A stretch of DNA of 64,000 nt from Victivallis vadensis (GCA_945883805.1 CAMCYE010000005.1:5269-69268); one strand, 5' to 3'. Counted from the stretch's first letter, positions 34,801 to 44,260 are shown. Notes: generated by a model not told the origin, from the sequence alone. Made by a program: numbers and translations.

Positions 34801-34951
34801 GAACAATTGTAAATTTGAATTTGAAAGATAGATTAGGAAATTCGAAGCACGAAGCACTAAATTCGAAGTTTAAAAATTTCGAACAATTGATTTTAGTGTC
34901 TTTTTGTTTCGAGTTTCGTATTTCCATATTATCAAAAAGTTCGGGGGATTG

Positions 34952-35596
34952 ATGAAGGACAAGGTGAGAAGAATATCCAGGGCCACAGCCGCAAGGCTTT
35001 CCGAGTATCTGCTTATCCTGGAACAGCATCTAAAGAACGGCAGGGATACGATGTCCAGCAAGGAGCTTGCAGATGTCTATGGCAATACCGCTAGCCAGGT
35101 CAGGCAGGATCTTTTCCAGATCGAAAACACCGGAAGGATAAGACACGGATACAATGTAAGAACCCTCACAGCGGCCATACGCGAGAAGCTAGGCATTGAA
35201 AAGACGACAAATCTCGTCATCATCGGTTGCGGTAAACTGGGATCCGCAATCGCGGAACATGTCCCCTTCTCGTCATACGGAATGAACCTCAAAGGTATTT
35301 TCGACAATGACCCTTCGATTGTCGGGACAGAGGTCAGCGGGCTTGCCGTTGAAGATATCAAGGCTTTGGAAAAAGCCATCAGGGAAAGGAAAATTTCCAT
35401 GGCGGCTCTGTGTGTCCCACCGACTGCGGCACAGGAAGTTGCCGACAAGCTTTTCGCCGGAGACGGGATTAAAGGTATTTTAAACTATACGCAGCTGAGG
35501 CTTAAAGTTCCTGCGGGAATCGTGGTCAAGGACAGTCAGATCGTATGTTCCTTCATGCAGCTTGCGTTTTTCAGCAATCAGGAAAACAAAAAATGA
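34952..35596 (+). CDS. rex: Redox-sensing transcriptional repressor Rex
   Basis: ATAARLSEYLLILE...MSSKELADVYGNTASQVRQDLF is the Rex wHTH, and IIGCGKLGSAIA is the Rossmann motif. The start is trimmed to ATG 34952. Confidence 0.85.
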   Translation: MKDKVRRISRATAARLSEYLLILEQHLKNGRDTMSSKELADVYGNTASQVRQDLFQIENTGRIRHGYNVRTLTAAIREKLGIEKTTNLVIIGCGKLGSAIAEHVPFSSYGMNLKGIFDNDPSIVGTEVSGLAVEDIKALEKAIRERKISMAALCVPPTAAQEVADKLFAGDGIKGILNYTQLRLKVPAGIVVKDSQIVCSFMQLAFFSNQENKK

Positions 35597-36594
35597 AATT
35601 TGTAGAAAAAGACGAACTTTACCCCCTTCTTTTCGACCCTATTTATGTGGACATTGTATGGGGTGGCAACCTTCTGAGCGAACACCTTAAAAGGAATATT
35701 CCCAAGACAGTGGTGCCGATCGGTGAATCCTGGGAGATTTCCGACAGGGAAGGCGCCGAAAGCGTTGTTTCAAACGGCCCCATGAAGGGAATTTCAATAA
35801 GGGATCTCATCAATCACTATGAAAAAGCTCTGGTGGGAAATGTTTTCCAGGGCGGAAGATTCCCACTTCTCGTAAAGCTGATAGATGCGGGCAAGCGACT
35901 TTCCCTGCAGGTTCATCCCGATGAGCGCGCATGTGAAAAAACAAAGGGCGCCCAGCCCAAAACCGAAATGTGGTATGTGATCGCATCCAAGCCGGGAGCC
36001 AAAATAATAGCCGGACTGAAATCAACCTGCACCCAGAGGCGTTTCATTGACAGCATTCATTCAAGCGAAATAGAAAACTGCCTTCAGGTTTTCACCTCGG
36101 TTCCGGGTGACGCCTTTTTCATAAGCGCGGGAAGAGTCCATGCGATCGGAGGAGGAAGCCTCCTTCTCGAAATCCAGCAGAACAGCAACACCACATACAG
36201 GATAAGCGACTGGGGACGACTCGGATCGGACGGGAATCCCCGCGAACTGCACGTTGAAAAGGCTCTCGACTGTGTTAATTTCACAGACAGGACTTCGCCG
36301 CGGATAGCCGGAGTTTCAGGTTTCTCCGACCACAACAGGAAATTTCCGATAATCAACAGATGCCCGTTTTTCCGCGTAGACGACCTCAGACTTGCGGAAA
36401 GATGGCCGGACAGCACCGACGGAAACAGTTTCCACCTGATAACAGCGGTAAACAATCCTGTCACCATAACCAGATATGATATTTCGGTCAAGGTTGACAA
36501 GGGAGCCACCTGCATGATCCCCGCATCTTTCGGCGACTACAGCATAATCGTCGAAGAAGGGAAAGAGACAACCGTCATCCGAACCACGCTGTAA
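35593..36594 (+). CDS. manA: Mannose-6-phosphate isomerase, class I
   Basis: WGGN, GESWEISD and LSLQVHPDE motifs. ATGA overlap with the rex stop at 35593-35596. Confidence 0.8.
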   Translation: MKFVEKDELYPLLFDPIYVDIVWGGNLLSEHLKRNIPKTVVPIGESWEISDREGAESVVSNGPMKGISIRDLINHYEKALVGNVFQGGRFPLLVKLIDAGKRLSLQVHPDERACEKTKGAQPKTEMWYVIASKPGAKIIAGLKSTCTQRRFIDSIHSSEIENCLQVFTSVPGDAFFISAGRVHAIGGGSLLLEIQQNSNTTYRISDWGRLGSDGNPRELHVEKALDCVNFTDRTSPRIAGVSGFSDHNRKFPIINRCPFFRVDDLRLAERWPDSTDGNSFHLITAVNNPVTITRYDISVKVDKGATCMIPASFGDYSIIVEEGKETTVIRTTL

Positions 36595-36696
36595 ATCATA
36601 GAACAGCTCTTACGAGCTTAACTACCAACGAAATTCAAATAAGTGAATTGCATTTTGTTTGTAGTTAATGCCGTAAGGCATGTGCATTTTATGAAA

Positions 36697-38502
36697 TTAC
36701 TTCCCGGGTTCCGGCTTCGCCTTTTCTTCGGGCTTTTTCGGCATCACAATATTGATGTGAAGTTCGCGCAACTGGCGCGGTTCTACTTCGGATGGCGCGT
36801 TCATCATGAGATCCTGAGCCTGCTGGTTGAACGGGAACGCAATCACTTCACGGATATTGGGTTCGTCCGCAAGAAGCATCACTATCCTGTCAACTCCGGG
36901 GGCGATTCCACCGTGTGGCGGCGCTCCGAGACGGAACGCACTTATCATTCCTCCAAATCTTGTCTCGACAACTTCCTTGCCGTAGCCGGCAATCTCGAAA
37001 GCCTTGTACATTATTTCAGGGCTGTGATTCCGTATCGCCCCGCTGGAGAGTTCAACGCCGTTGCAGACAATGTCATACTGGTACGCAAGTATGTCGAGAG
37101 GATTTTTTTCGAGCAGCGATTTCATGCCACCCTGCGGCATTGAGAAAGGATTGTGGCTGAACATGACCTTGTTCGTCTCCTCGTCAAGTTCGAACATCGG
37201 GAAGTCGACAATCCAGCAGAACTTGAACACATTTTTGTCAATCAGGTTCAACCTGTTGGCAAGTTCAGTCCTTACGACACCACCTATTTCGCATGCCTTC
37301 TTTTCCTTGTCGGCGATGAAGAACATAGCGTCGCCGTCCTTGATGTCCCATATCTGCTTGAGGGCGTCAAGTTCCTCACGCTTCATGAATTTGACAATTG
37401 GACTTTTCTCCTGTCCGTTTTCCCAGACAATATAGGCAAGCCCTTTCGAGCCGACAGACTGAGCAAACACAATCATGTCATCATAGAATTTACGCGGCTG
37501 ACCTGCAATGCCCCTCACAGCGATGGCTCTCACCACTCCGCCATTTTTGACAACCCCGGCGAACGCATTGAACCCGCTGTTTTTGAAAACTTCGGAAACG
37601 TCTTTTATCTCAAGGGGGTTCCGGAGGTCGGGCTTGTCGGTTCCGTATTTCAGCTTCGCCTCTTTGAATGGAATTCTGACATAAGGAGGCATTTCTATTG
37701 TTTTGGTGCTGAATTTGGTGAAAATTGTTTTAAAGAGGTCTTCAATCACAAGAAACACGTCGTCCTGAGTCACAAAACTCATTTCCATGTCGAGCTGGTA
37801 AAATTCGCCTGGTGAACGATCGGCTCTGGCGTCTTCATCGCGGAAGCACGGTGCAATCTGGAAATACCGGTCGAATCCGGCAACCATCAGGAGCTGTTTG
37901 AACTGCTGGGGTGCCTGTGGAAGCGCATAGAATTTTCCGGGGTGGATCCGGCTGGGCACAAGATAATCCCTCGCGCCTTCAGGTGAACTGCTTGTGAGGA
38001 TCGGGGTCTGATATTCCAGAAATCCGATGTCCGTCATCTTCCTGCGCATTTCCGAAATGACCTTTGAACGCAGAACGATATTCTTATGTATCCTGTCTTT
38101 GCGAAGATCGAGGAACCTGTATTTGAGGCGGAGGTGTTCCGGAGTCTGCTCGTCCTGGTTGATCTGGAATGGAATCTGTTCGGCTTCTCCGAGAACTTCC
38201 ATCTCCTCGGCTACAAGTTCAATTTCGCCGGTCGGTATTTTCGAATTGACAGTCGATTCAGCTCTGGCGACAAGAGGCCCGGTGAAACAAGCAACGGTTT
38301 CAACACGCCATTTTTCCAGAGACTGATAGAAATCGCGTTTGGGATCTATTACGACCTGGGTTATGCCGTAATGGTCGCGAAGGTCAATGAATATGATTCC
38401 GCCATGGTCGCGGACACTGTGTATCCAGCCGGACAGGCGCACTTTCTTGTCAACATCCGTCTTGCGGAGTTCGCCGCAGGTATTTGTCCTGTATTTGTGC
38501 AT
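36697..38502 (-). CDS. aspS: Aspartate--tRNA ligase (bacterial type with insertion domain)
   Basis: 601 aa. N-terminal OB fold [19 protein letters not shown], class II motifs [10 protein letters not shown] and [13 protein letters not shown]. Confidence 0.95.
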   Translation of the reverse strand: MHKYRTNTCGELRKTDVDKKVRLSGWIHSVRDHGGIIFIDLRDHYGITQVVIDPKRDFYQSLEKWRVETVACFTGPLVARAESTVNSKIPTGEIELVAEEMEVLGEAEQIPFQINQDEQTPEHLRLKYRFLDLRKDRIHKNIVLRSKVISEMRRKMTDIGFLEYQTPILTSSSPEGARDYLVPSRIHPGKFYALPQAPQQFKQLLMVAGFDRYFQIAPCFRDEDARADRSPGEFYQLDMEMSFVTQDDVFLVIEDLFKTIFTKFSTKTIEMPPYVRIPFKEAKLKYGTDKPDLRNPLEIKDVSEVFKNSGFNAFAGVVKNGGVVRAIAVRGIAGQPRKFYDDMIVFAQSVGSKGLAYIVWENGQEKSPIVKFMKREELDALKQIWDIKDGDAMFFIADKEKKACEIGGVVRTELANRLNLIDKNVFKFCWIVDFPMFELDEETNKVMFSHNPFSMPQGGMKSLLEKNPLDILAYQYDIVCNGVELSSGAIRNHSPEIMYKAFEIAGYGKEVVETRFGGMISAFRLGAPPHGGIAPGVDRIVMLLADEPNIREVIAFPFNQQAQDLMMNAPSEVEPRQLRELHINIVMPKKPEEKAKPEPGK

Positions 38503-38812
38503 AAAATTTTTCTCACTTAATTCTAAAATTTTTATATTAATTCCGTTGCAAAAGGTTCATATACTAGCATAAAAGAGGTTTTTTTCTATTGGCATGATTT
38601 AAAAAAGTAACTCGGGCTTTCCAGCCCGAGAAATATTTCGGATTAGTGGCTCGGGTTGGAAAGCCCGAGTTACTCAGATATTTGGAACTTGCGAAATTCG
38701 CATTAATTAGGCGGCTGGAAGCCGCAACTTTTATGGAACGCCACCCTTCCCGACGCACTCTGTGGCCGGGATCTTCGACTTGGCGGCATCTGTTATTCTG
38801 TTATAATGTGAT

Positions 38813-38867
38813 ACAGGCGTCTCGCCTGTGTTTTAAGATTAAGGACAAGAACAGGCGAGACGCCTGT
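38813..38867. repeat. Inverted pair of ACAGGCG-NNN-CGCCTGT hairpins
   Basis: ACAGGCGTCTCGCCTGT at 38813-38829 and ACAGGCGAGACGCCTGT at 38851-38867. Further copies are at 39101-39117 and 33579-33593. Confidence 0.7.
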
Positions 38868-38917
38868 ACCACATTCTTTTAATCCGAATGGCAAGTTGCC
38901 GAAATATTTGGCAAGCT

Positions 38918-39030
38918 GAGGTAATTTCAAAACTCAAGAAACGGTCGTGACAAGCACGACCCTCCACGCCCGAAACGGGCGTAAACATGGAGGGCGAGGC
39001 TTGTCCGAGCCGCAGTTTTGAAATTACCTC
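38918..39030. mobile_element. 113-bp MITE-like element with 17-bp perfect terminal inverted repeats
   Basis: GAGGTAATTTCAAAACT (38918-38934) ... AGTTTTGAAATTACCTC (39014-39030). The interior has nested hairpins (CGACCCTCCA..TGGAGGGCG; CGCCCGAAACGGGCG). Solo ends are at 23404-23440 and 41057-41084. Confidence 0.55.
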
Positions 39031-39100
39031 AAGCTATTATACTCCTTTATCATGTTAATCCCGTTATCCTGACTGAATATCTGCTTTACAAAAACGTGGT

Positions 39101-39117
39101 ACAGGCGTCTCGCCTGT
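39101..39117 (-). terminator. ACAGGCG hairpin 5 nt downstream of the lpxK stop
   Basis: The minus strand reads TAA-ATAT-ACAGGCG-AGA-CGCCTGT-ACCACG-TTTTT, a stem-loop followed by a short U run. Confidence 0.4.
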
Positions 39118-39121
39118 ATAT

Positions 39122-40294
39122 TTACAGGAAGCAGATACGGGAGATGCACTGGTCGAAGCTTTCCTTGCCGCTTATGATGTCAATCTCGACCCGCATGAAA
39201 TACACTGGGATGTCCCTGCGGTCCAGACGTGGCATCCTGACAGCATCCTTTTCCGTGGTCACGATGAAATCGGCGTCCGCTTTTTGGGAGCTGTTTATGA
39301 AGTCGATGATTTCCTGCTGGCGGAACCTATGATGATCTGCGAACCTCTCCCTGTGCACAATTTCTCCGCCTAGGTTTTCCAGAAAGTCTTCAAAGCCTTC
39401 CGGACACGCGATCCCGCTCAATGCCGCGATTTTCTTACCCTTGAGGTGCCCGAGATCGAGACGCGCCCCTTTTATGAATACGTCTTCGAGATACTTGGGT
39501 TTGTGACAGCACTCGATTATTTCAGCGCGCCTATTGTGTTTCCTTAAAAAATCCTTGAGATGCCTCAGCTGGTTTCCGCCCTTGGACTTGGTGAGGAATA
39601 TGTAGTCGGCCCGTCGTATGTTTTTTATCGGTTCACGGAGAAGCCCGCGCGGAAGAACATGATGGTTGCTGAAAGGAACAGTGGAATCCACAAGCACGAT
39701 GTTCAGCCTGGGCTTGAGATCAAGATACTGAAATCCGTCATCCAGGATCAGTGTATCGGCCTCAAATTCCGAAATGGCGTAAAGACCGGATTTGACACGG
39801 TCCTTGTCAACAAGGACAATCGCATTCTTCAGGTTTGAAGCCAGCATGTACGGTTCATCCCCGGCCATGCTGGAATTGAGGAGAAGGTTCTTCCCGTCCG
39901 AAACAACACGGGGAGGTACTTCTTTCCGTTTTGACGAGAATTTCTCCTTCATCTTTTCAACAAATGATCTGTCCTTGCTTCTGTAACCACGGCTGAGAAT
40001 CGCGACTTTTCTGCCTTTCTGGCTGAGCGTCCTCGCGAACACTTCGACGACGGGGGTTTTTCCGGTTCCGCCGCAGGTGAGGTTGCCTATGCTGACAACC
40101 AGACAGCCCAGCGCCCGGGGCCTTATCACTCTTTTATTGTAGAGCCAATGTCTGAACTGAACCGCCCTGTAATAGAATCTGGAAAGCACAAACAGGAACA
40201 TTCTCATCCCGACATCAAAGGGGGAATGATGGCGTTCATCAATTATTTCAGTGAAATACTGAAGCAGATTTTCATTGAGTTCGCGAATGGTCAT
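39122..40294 (-). CDS. lpxK: Tetraacyldisaccharide 4'-kinase
   Basis: VVSIGNLTCGGTGKTPVVEVFARTL P-loop block and AILSRGY. Confidence 0.85.
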   Translation of the reverse strand: MTIRELNENLLQYFTEIIDERHHSPFDVGMRMFLFVLSRFYYRAVQFRHWLYNKRVIRPRALGCLVVSIGNLTCGGTGKTPVVEVFARTLSQKGRKVAILSRGYRSKDRSFVEKMKEKFSSKRKEVPPRVVSDGKNLLLNSSMAGDEPYMLASNLKNAIVLVDKDRVKSGLYAISEFEADTLILDDGFQYLDLKPRLNIVLVDSTVPFSNHHVLPRGLLREPIKNIRRADYIFLTKSKGGNQLRHLKDFLRKHNRRAEIIECCHKPKYLEDVFIKGARLDLGHLKGKKIAALSGIACPEGFEDFLENLGGEIVHRERFADHHRFRQQEIIDFINSSQKADADFIVTTEKDAVRMPRLDRRDIPVYFMRVEIDIISGKESFDQCISRICFL

Positions 40295-40340
40295 TAAAAT
40301 GAGCTGCCTGTTATATAAGTTGTTCGTGCCTGGTTACATT

Positions 40341-40420
40341 CTTTGAAAAAGAACGCGTCTACAGTGACGCGGCTATCCGCCTAGGCGGACTGTAGCCACG
40401 GCACTCTGTTGCCGTGCTAT
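40341..40420. repeat. Three-hairpin intergenic repeat, copy B
   Basis: CTTTGAAAAAG..., H1 CGCGTC-TACAGT-GACGCG (40354-40371), H2 TCCGCCTAGGCGGA, H3 CACGGCA-CTCTGT-TGCCGTG (40397-40416). Confidence 0.65.
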
Positions 40421-40581
40421 TTTTGACTGCAACTCAGCTTTTAGTTATTATAATAATAAAGAGCTAAGATACTTCTGCTTGAACAAATTTTCACTTTGCC
40501 AACCCCAATTTTCAGAACAATATAAATGAGTCTGACTTGTAAGAATGCAAAAATGCACTATTCTTATGCGCTTCTTGAAAA

Positions 40582-40658
40582 GGGAGGTTAGCTCAGTTGG
40601 TTAGAGCATCTCGTTTACACCGAGAGGGTCGGGGGTTCGAGTCCCTCACCTCCCACCA
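40582..40658 (+). tRNA. tRNA-Val: tRNA-Val (anticodon TAC), CCA encoded
   Basis: Hand-folded cloverleaf. Acceptor GGGAGGT/ACCTCCC, D arm GCTC-AGTTGGTTA-GAGC, anticodon arm TCTCG-TTTACAC-CGAGA, T arm GGGGG-TTCGAGT-CCCTC, discriminator A, then CCA. Confidence 0.9.
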
Positions 40659-40762
40659 GCCTTCGCTCGTAGCGGAGCGGAGAGTGAAGGCTGTCACGCC
40701 GAAGATCCCGTGTCAACGGGACGTAGGCGGACAAACCTTCCGCTACGAGACTACGGCTTGGC

Positions 40763-41017
40763 ATGCCATCTAAGGAATATCATTACGTCTATATTTTAAT
40801 AAGCGAAATAGACAACTCCCGTCACTACACTGGATGCACTGCGGATTTGCAGGAACGTCTCCATAAGCACAACAAAGGAGATGTAACGCATACGGCAAAA
40901 TATCTTCCTTGGCACATCGAAACCGCGATCCGTTTCTCTTCAATTGAGAAAGCCCGGGAATTCGAGAAGTACCTGAAGTCCGGGTCCGGCCGGGAGTTCG
41001 CCAGGAAACACTTCTGA
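40763..41017 (+). CDS. Small GIY-YIG nuclease-superfamily protein (UPF0213/YhbQ-like)
   Basis: YVYILISEIDNSRHYTGCTADLQERLHKHNKG contains the GIY-YIG, R and H/N blocks. 84 aa. Confidence 0.8.
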   Translation: MPSKEYHYVYILISEIDNSRHYTGCTADLQERLHKHNKGDVTHTAKYLPWHIETAIRFSSIEKAREFEKYLKSGSGREFARKHF

Positions 41018-41056
41018 CGACCATGGCGAAGCGGGGCCAATCGGCTTCAAACTACA

Positions 41057-41084
41057 CCGTTTCTTGAGTTTTGAAATTACCTCG
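41057..41084 (-). repeat. Solo end of the GAGGTAATTTCAAAACT element (reverse orientation)
   Basis: ACCGTTTCTTGAGTTTTGAAATTACCTC is the reverse complement of 38918-38945. Confidence 0.65.
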
Positions 41085-41450
41085 ATCAAGTTATGATTTA
41101 AAGTCGTACCAAGGCTAGATAAAGGATTTAATTTAAAAAAAAACCGGATTGCGCATTCTTCAAAAAATTTCCCTCAAAATGGATTTTGAGTAGGCAACAT
41201 TGCCATAAGTTGCCACAAGCCACAAGGATTAGAAGCCATAAGGGTCAGTCTCCTTCTATTAACTACAAAGATCTTTCACTACCGTCACATGGATGATTGT
41301 ATGAATGGATTGCCCGCCTTCGTAAAGAAACTACGGCGTGACATGCTGGATGGTTGGGTATCAAAGACATAAGACTAAAAACATCTTAGATAAATTATCC
41401 GAAATGCCTTTCCAATAATTCTCATGCATCTTTATGACTTTTATGTTATC

Positions 41451-41550
41451 TTGAACTCAAACCCACTCATCCACTCATCCAACAATCCAACTTGTCACGC
41501 CGTAGCTTCTCTGCGTAGGCGGATCCATCCGTCATCCTGCGGGATGGGTC
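41451..41550 (-). repeat. ~100-nt intergenic mosaic repeat, reverse-orientation copy
   Basis: The reverse complement is nearly identical to 62669-62766 (GGATGACGGATGGATCCGCCTACGCAGAGAAGCTACGGCGTGACAAGTTGGATTGTTGGATGA...GGGTTTGAGTTCAA). Confidence 0.75.
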
Positions 41551-41674
41551 TGAAGAATAACGGAAAGGGACCGGCAAGCGCCAGCCCCCTCCCGGTTTCC
41601 CTGTCATCACTTCATGTCGAAGAGTCCTGCCAGCCGCCGTCAAGCAGTATGCCCAAAGCCAGTCACTGCAATCC

Positions 41675-42106
41675 GTGAGCCAGGTACATGATTCCATTCT
41701 CTCTTCATATCTTCAGGATGTTTTGAAGTATGAGCGGAATCTATCCGCCGATTCGGTTGAACTGATCCTTTCATCGATCATGGGGCAGGTTGGATCGCAG
41801 ATCAAATATTCACGATTGGCAGAGGGATTGAGCTCATATAAGGTCAGGCAGGCTCTACATGTATTGGAGAAGGCTTTAGTGGTGCATCCGATTCTTTCCA
41901 GTTCGGCACAAGGAGTCCCACTTGCGGGAAGCGTAAACAGCAAGGTTCTAAAAGCTGTCTTCATGGATATGGCCCAAGCGGACGTTTGCGCAGTTTACAC
42001 CTGTTTCTTCAAGCATCCCGAGACTTCAGAGGGTATTGTCCTTCATGCGGGAACTGGAGGCCGACATGACCACATCCATTTCTGTCCGCTGTACGCAAAG
42101 TTTTAG
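41675..42106 (+). pseudogene. C-terminal remnant of a DUF4143-type AAA ATPase
   Basis: GSQIKYSRLAEGLSSYKVRQALHVLEKALVVHPI resembles the DUF4143 region that follows an AAA domain. No ATPase domain exists upstream, where the repeat element abuts. The start is GTG and the tail diverges. Confidence 0.45.
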
Positions 42107-42147
42107 CCTGCATAGGACTGTGTTCTTTGCACGAGTTTTTCCCCTCT

Positions 42148-42999
42148 TCATTGCCATACCCTCTTCTTCACGCTTGTGAACCTCTGCGTCTGCACGTAGA
42201 TGTCTGTACCGGAAGCGGCTGTATAGGTATTTCTTGCAATTTTCTCAACGCCTTCAATGCCTATCTTTTCAGCGTGCCCGTCGTAAAACCATGTGTTGGC
42301 CAGATTGTTATGCCTGAGATGATAACGGGCATAATAGTCGCCAAGTGAGGCAAACTGGCTATCATCTATTGTAAGATAGACCATCTGAACCTGAGAGTTG
42401 TTCCTGTTTATTGAGTCGGTCATCCCCATGAAGCTCGAAGGGTCGGGCATGCGCCTTGTAAAAACAAAATCAGTGTTATACCCGTTGTACGCCACCCTTT
42501 GTTTGGCATAGCTTGGCAGAGTGTTAAACTGGGGAATGCCATATATGTAATGAGATGCCGTAGTACCGTCCCAGAGGGAAAGGGGTTTATTCGTCGGGCA
42601 GCGGAACATGGTATCTGACTTTATATATCCAAGATGGACATAACCGACGCCAGCAGTATTTATTGAAGTTGGAAGCGTTGAGTCGTAGAATGTGCCCCAT
42701 GAGGCACTTCCGTCGGTCTGCACTACGTAGCCGTTGAAGTCCTCCGCGTACATCAAAAAAGCTCCTAGGCCGTTCTGCTTCAAGTTGTTCATGCAGAGTG
42801 AGGCCTTTGCCACATCCTTGGCATTTTTCAGAGCAGGAAGGAGCATAGCGGCGAGTATTGCTATGATTGCTATCACTACGAGGAGCTCAATGAGGGTGAA
42901 TCTATTGCCTTGTGACCGGCGCCTAATTCCGGTCTCCGCACCCCTTGTTTCCAGTGGACTGTAATCAAATCCGTTTGAAGCCTTGTTTGGAATTCTCAT
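42148..42999 (-). CDS. Prepilin-type N-terminal methylation-domain protein with H-X9-DG motif (DUF1559-type)
   Basis: [30 protein letters not shown], and [13 protein letters not shown] near the C-terminus. Confidence 0.8.
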   Translation of the reverse strand: MRIPNKASNGFDYSPLETRGAETGIRRRSQGNRFTLIELLVVIAIIAILAAMLLPALKNAKDVAKASLCMNNLKQNGLGAFLMYAEDFNGYVVQTDGSASWGTFYDSTLPTSINTAGVGYVHLGYIKSDTMFRCPTNKPLSLWDGTTASHYIYGIPQFNTLPSYAKQRVAYNGYNTDFVFTRRMPDPSSFMGMTDSINRNNSQVQMVYLTIDDSQFASLGDYYARYHLRHNNLANTWFYDGHAEKIGIEGVEKIARNTYTAASGTDIYVQTQRFTSVKKRVWQ

Positions 43000-43495
43000 G
43001 ATCGGTGTTCCTTTCCTTAAAATTTATTTTGAACCCGTGAAGGTCTTTTTAACTATTACTTATTCTTTGATTTTTACTTTGTATTTAAAGTATGCCAACA
43101 AACTTTAACCGATTGGTGAGGAACTCTCCGCTCCTCTCTTTGATTGCTTGCTTTTTAAGCAGAATCTATCGCCGCTTCGACGGGCGACTCGGCTTTAATT
43201 GTATCATATTCACTTATCAAAAGCAAGCCTAGATCAAAGACAAACTAAAAATATGTCCTCCTTTCTATTTTCTTCACAGAAAGATATCAGCCCATCCAGA
43301 CGAGCCCGTTTTTCCCGAATTACAGCATCAATGAACAAATATGTTTCCTTTTCGTATACTTAATTATATCATTTTTTTCGAGTCTTGTCAATAGCCTGCA
43401 AGGCAAAAACCACAAATAAAACAAAAAAAAGTTTTGCTTTGTTTCTTCCGACGATATATTTTAATCTCAGTAATTTCCCCGGAGGCAACATTTTT

Positions 43496-44056
43496 ATGCA
43501 GAAAAGCAAGAACATCATAAAGGTAATCCGCAAGCAGAAGGGCATGACCCTCGACCGCCTGGCAAAGGTCACCGGTCTGACAAAAGGATACCTTTCAAAA
43601 ATCGAGCGGGCCTCGGCACTGCCGCCATTCTCCACTCTCGAACTTATCGCCAAAGCCTTCGACATCGACGTGGTGTCGATGATCGAGAAGAATTCAAGTG
43701 CGCACCTGCACCCGGACATCGATCTCATGAAGAAGGGTGAGAGGGAAGAGGGAGACGGGGCCAGCACGCGGGAGAACTGTTCCTTCACATCCCTACTCCA
43801 TTCCTACAGGGGCCGTTACATGAGCCCCATACTTGTGACCTTCGAGGCGGGCGCGGAGCGCGAGTTCGAGCACGACAGCGAGGAGTTCGTGTATGTCCTC
43901 CGCGGGAGCATCACCCTCCTCTATGAAAACGAAAGCTTTTCCTTAAGCACGGGTGATTGCTTCTACTTAGACTCCAGGAAGGAGCACCGCTTCAGGAACG
44001 GCAAGAACGGCAAGACCTACCTCCTGTCAGTATCCTTCAACTACCGCAAATACTGA
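43496..44056 (+). CDS. XRE-family HTH / C-terminal cupin transcriptional regulator, paralogue 1
   Basis: The start is trimmed to MQKSKNIIKVIRKQKGMTLDRLAKVTGLTKGYLSKIERA (HTH_3), with GGAGG 10 nt upstream. The cupin part is EEFVYVLRGSITLLYENESFSLSTGDCFYLDSRKEHRFRN. Same architecture as PuuR-type regulators. Confidence 0.8.
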   Translation: MQKSKNIIKVIRKQKGMTLDRLAKVTGLTKGYLSKIERASALPPFSTLELIAKAFDIDVVSMIEKNSSAHLHPDIDLMKKGEREEGDGASTRENCSFTSLLHSYRGRYMSPILVTFEAGAEREFEHDSEEFVYVLRGSITLLYENESFSLSTGDCFYLDSRKEHRFRNGKNGKTYLLSVSFNYRKY

Positions 44057-44112
44057 TTCCCCGATACCGGCCCGACGCAACGGTTCAGGTTGCTCCGACA
44101 TCTCCTAAAAAC

Positions 44113-44195
44113 AACCACAGAGGGCACAGAGAAATTCTAATTTACAACAGAACCATGACGAATGCGTCTCTTCTCCCTCTGTGTCCTCTGTGGTT
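44113..44195 (+). repeat. Long imperfect hairpin between regulator 1 and the downstream promoter
   Basis: AACCACAGAGGGCACAGAG (44113-44131) pairs with CTCTGTGTCCTCTGTGGTT (44177-44195) around a ~45-nt loop. It is duplicated at 56737-56819. Confidence 0.6.
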
Positions 44196-44260
44196 AGTTC
44201 CAGAAAGAGACTGGTCGATTACCTCTCCCCACAAAACTGATAAAAAAAATCAATTGGCTG

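Noticed and set aside
36643-38520. Plus-strand ORFs 36643..37143, 37153..37815 and 38086..38520.
   Set aside because: They are antisense to aspS, whose identity is unambiguous.
40430-40581. Candidate tRNA-Val promoter (TTGACT...TATAAT at about 40424-40455, or TTGTAA-16 nt-TATTCT at about 40538-40565).
   Set aside because: The first has a 20-nt spacer and the second has weak hexamers. Neither is convincing enough to report as a feature.
41424-41697. 84-aa (+) and 76-aa (-) ORFs.
   Set aside because: Both lie inside the ~100-nt mosaic repeat, which recurs in non-coding contexts in both orientations.
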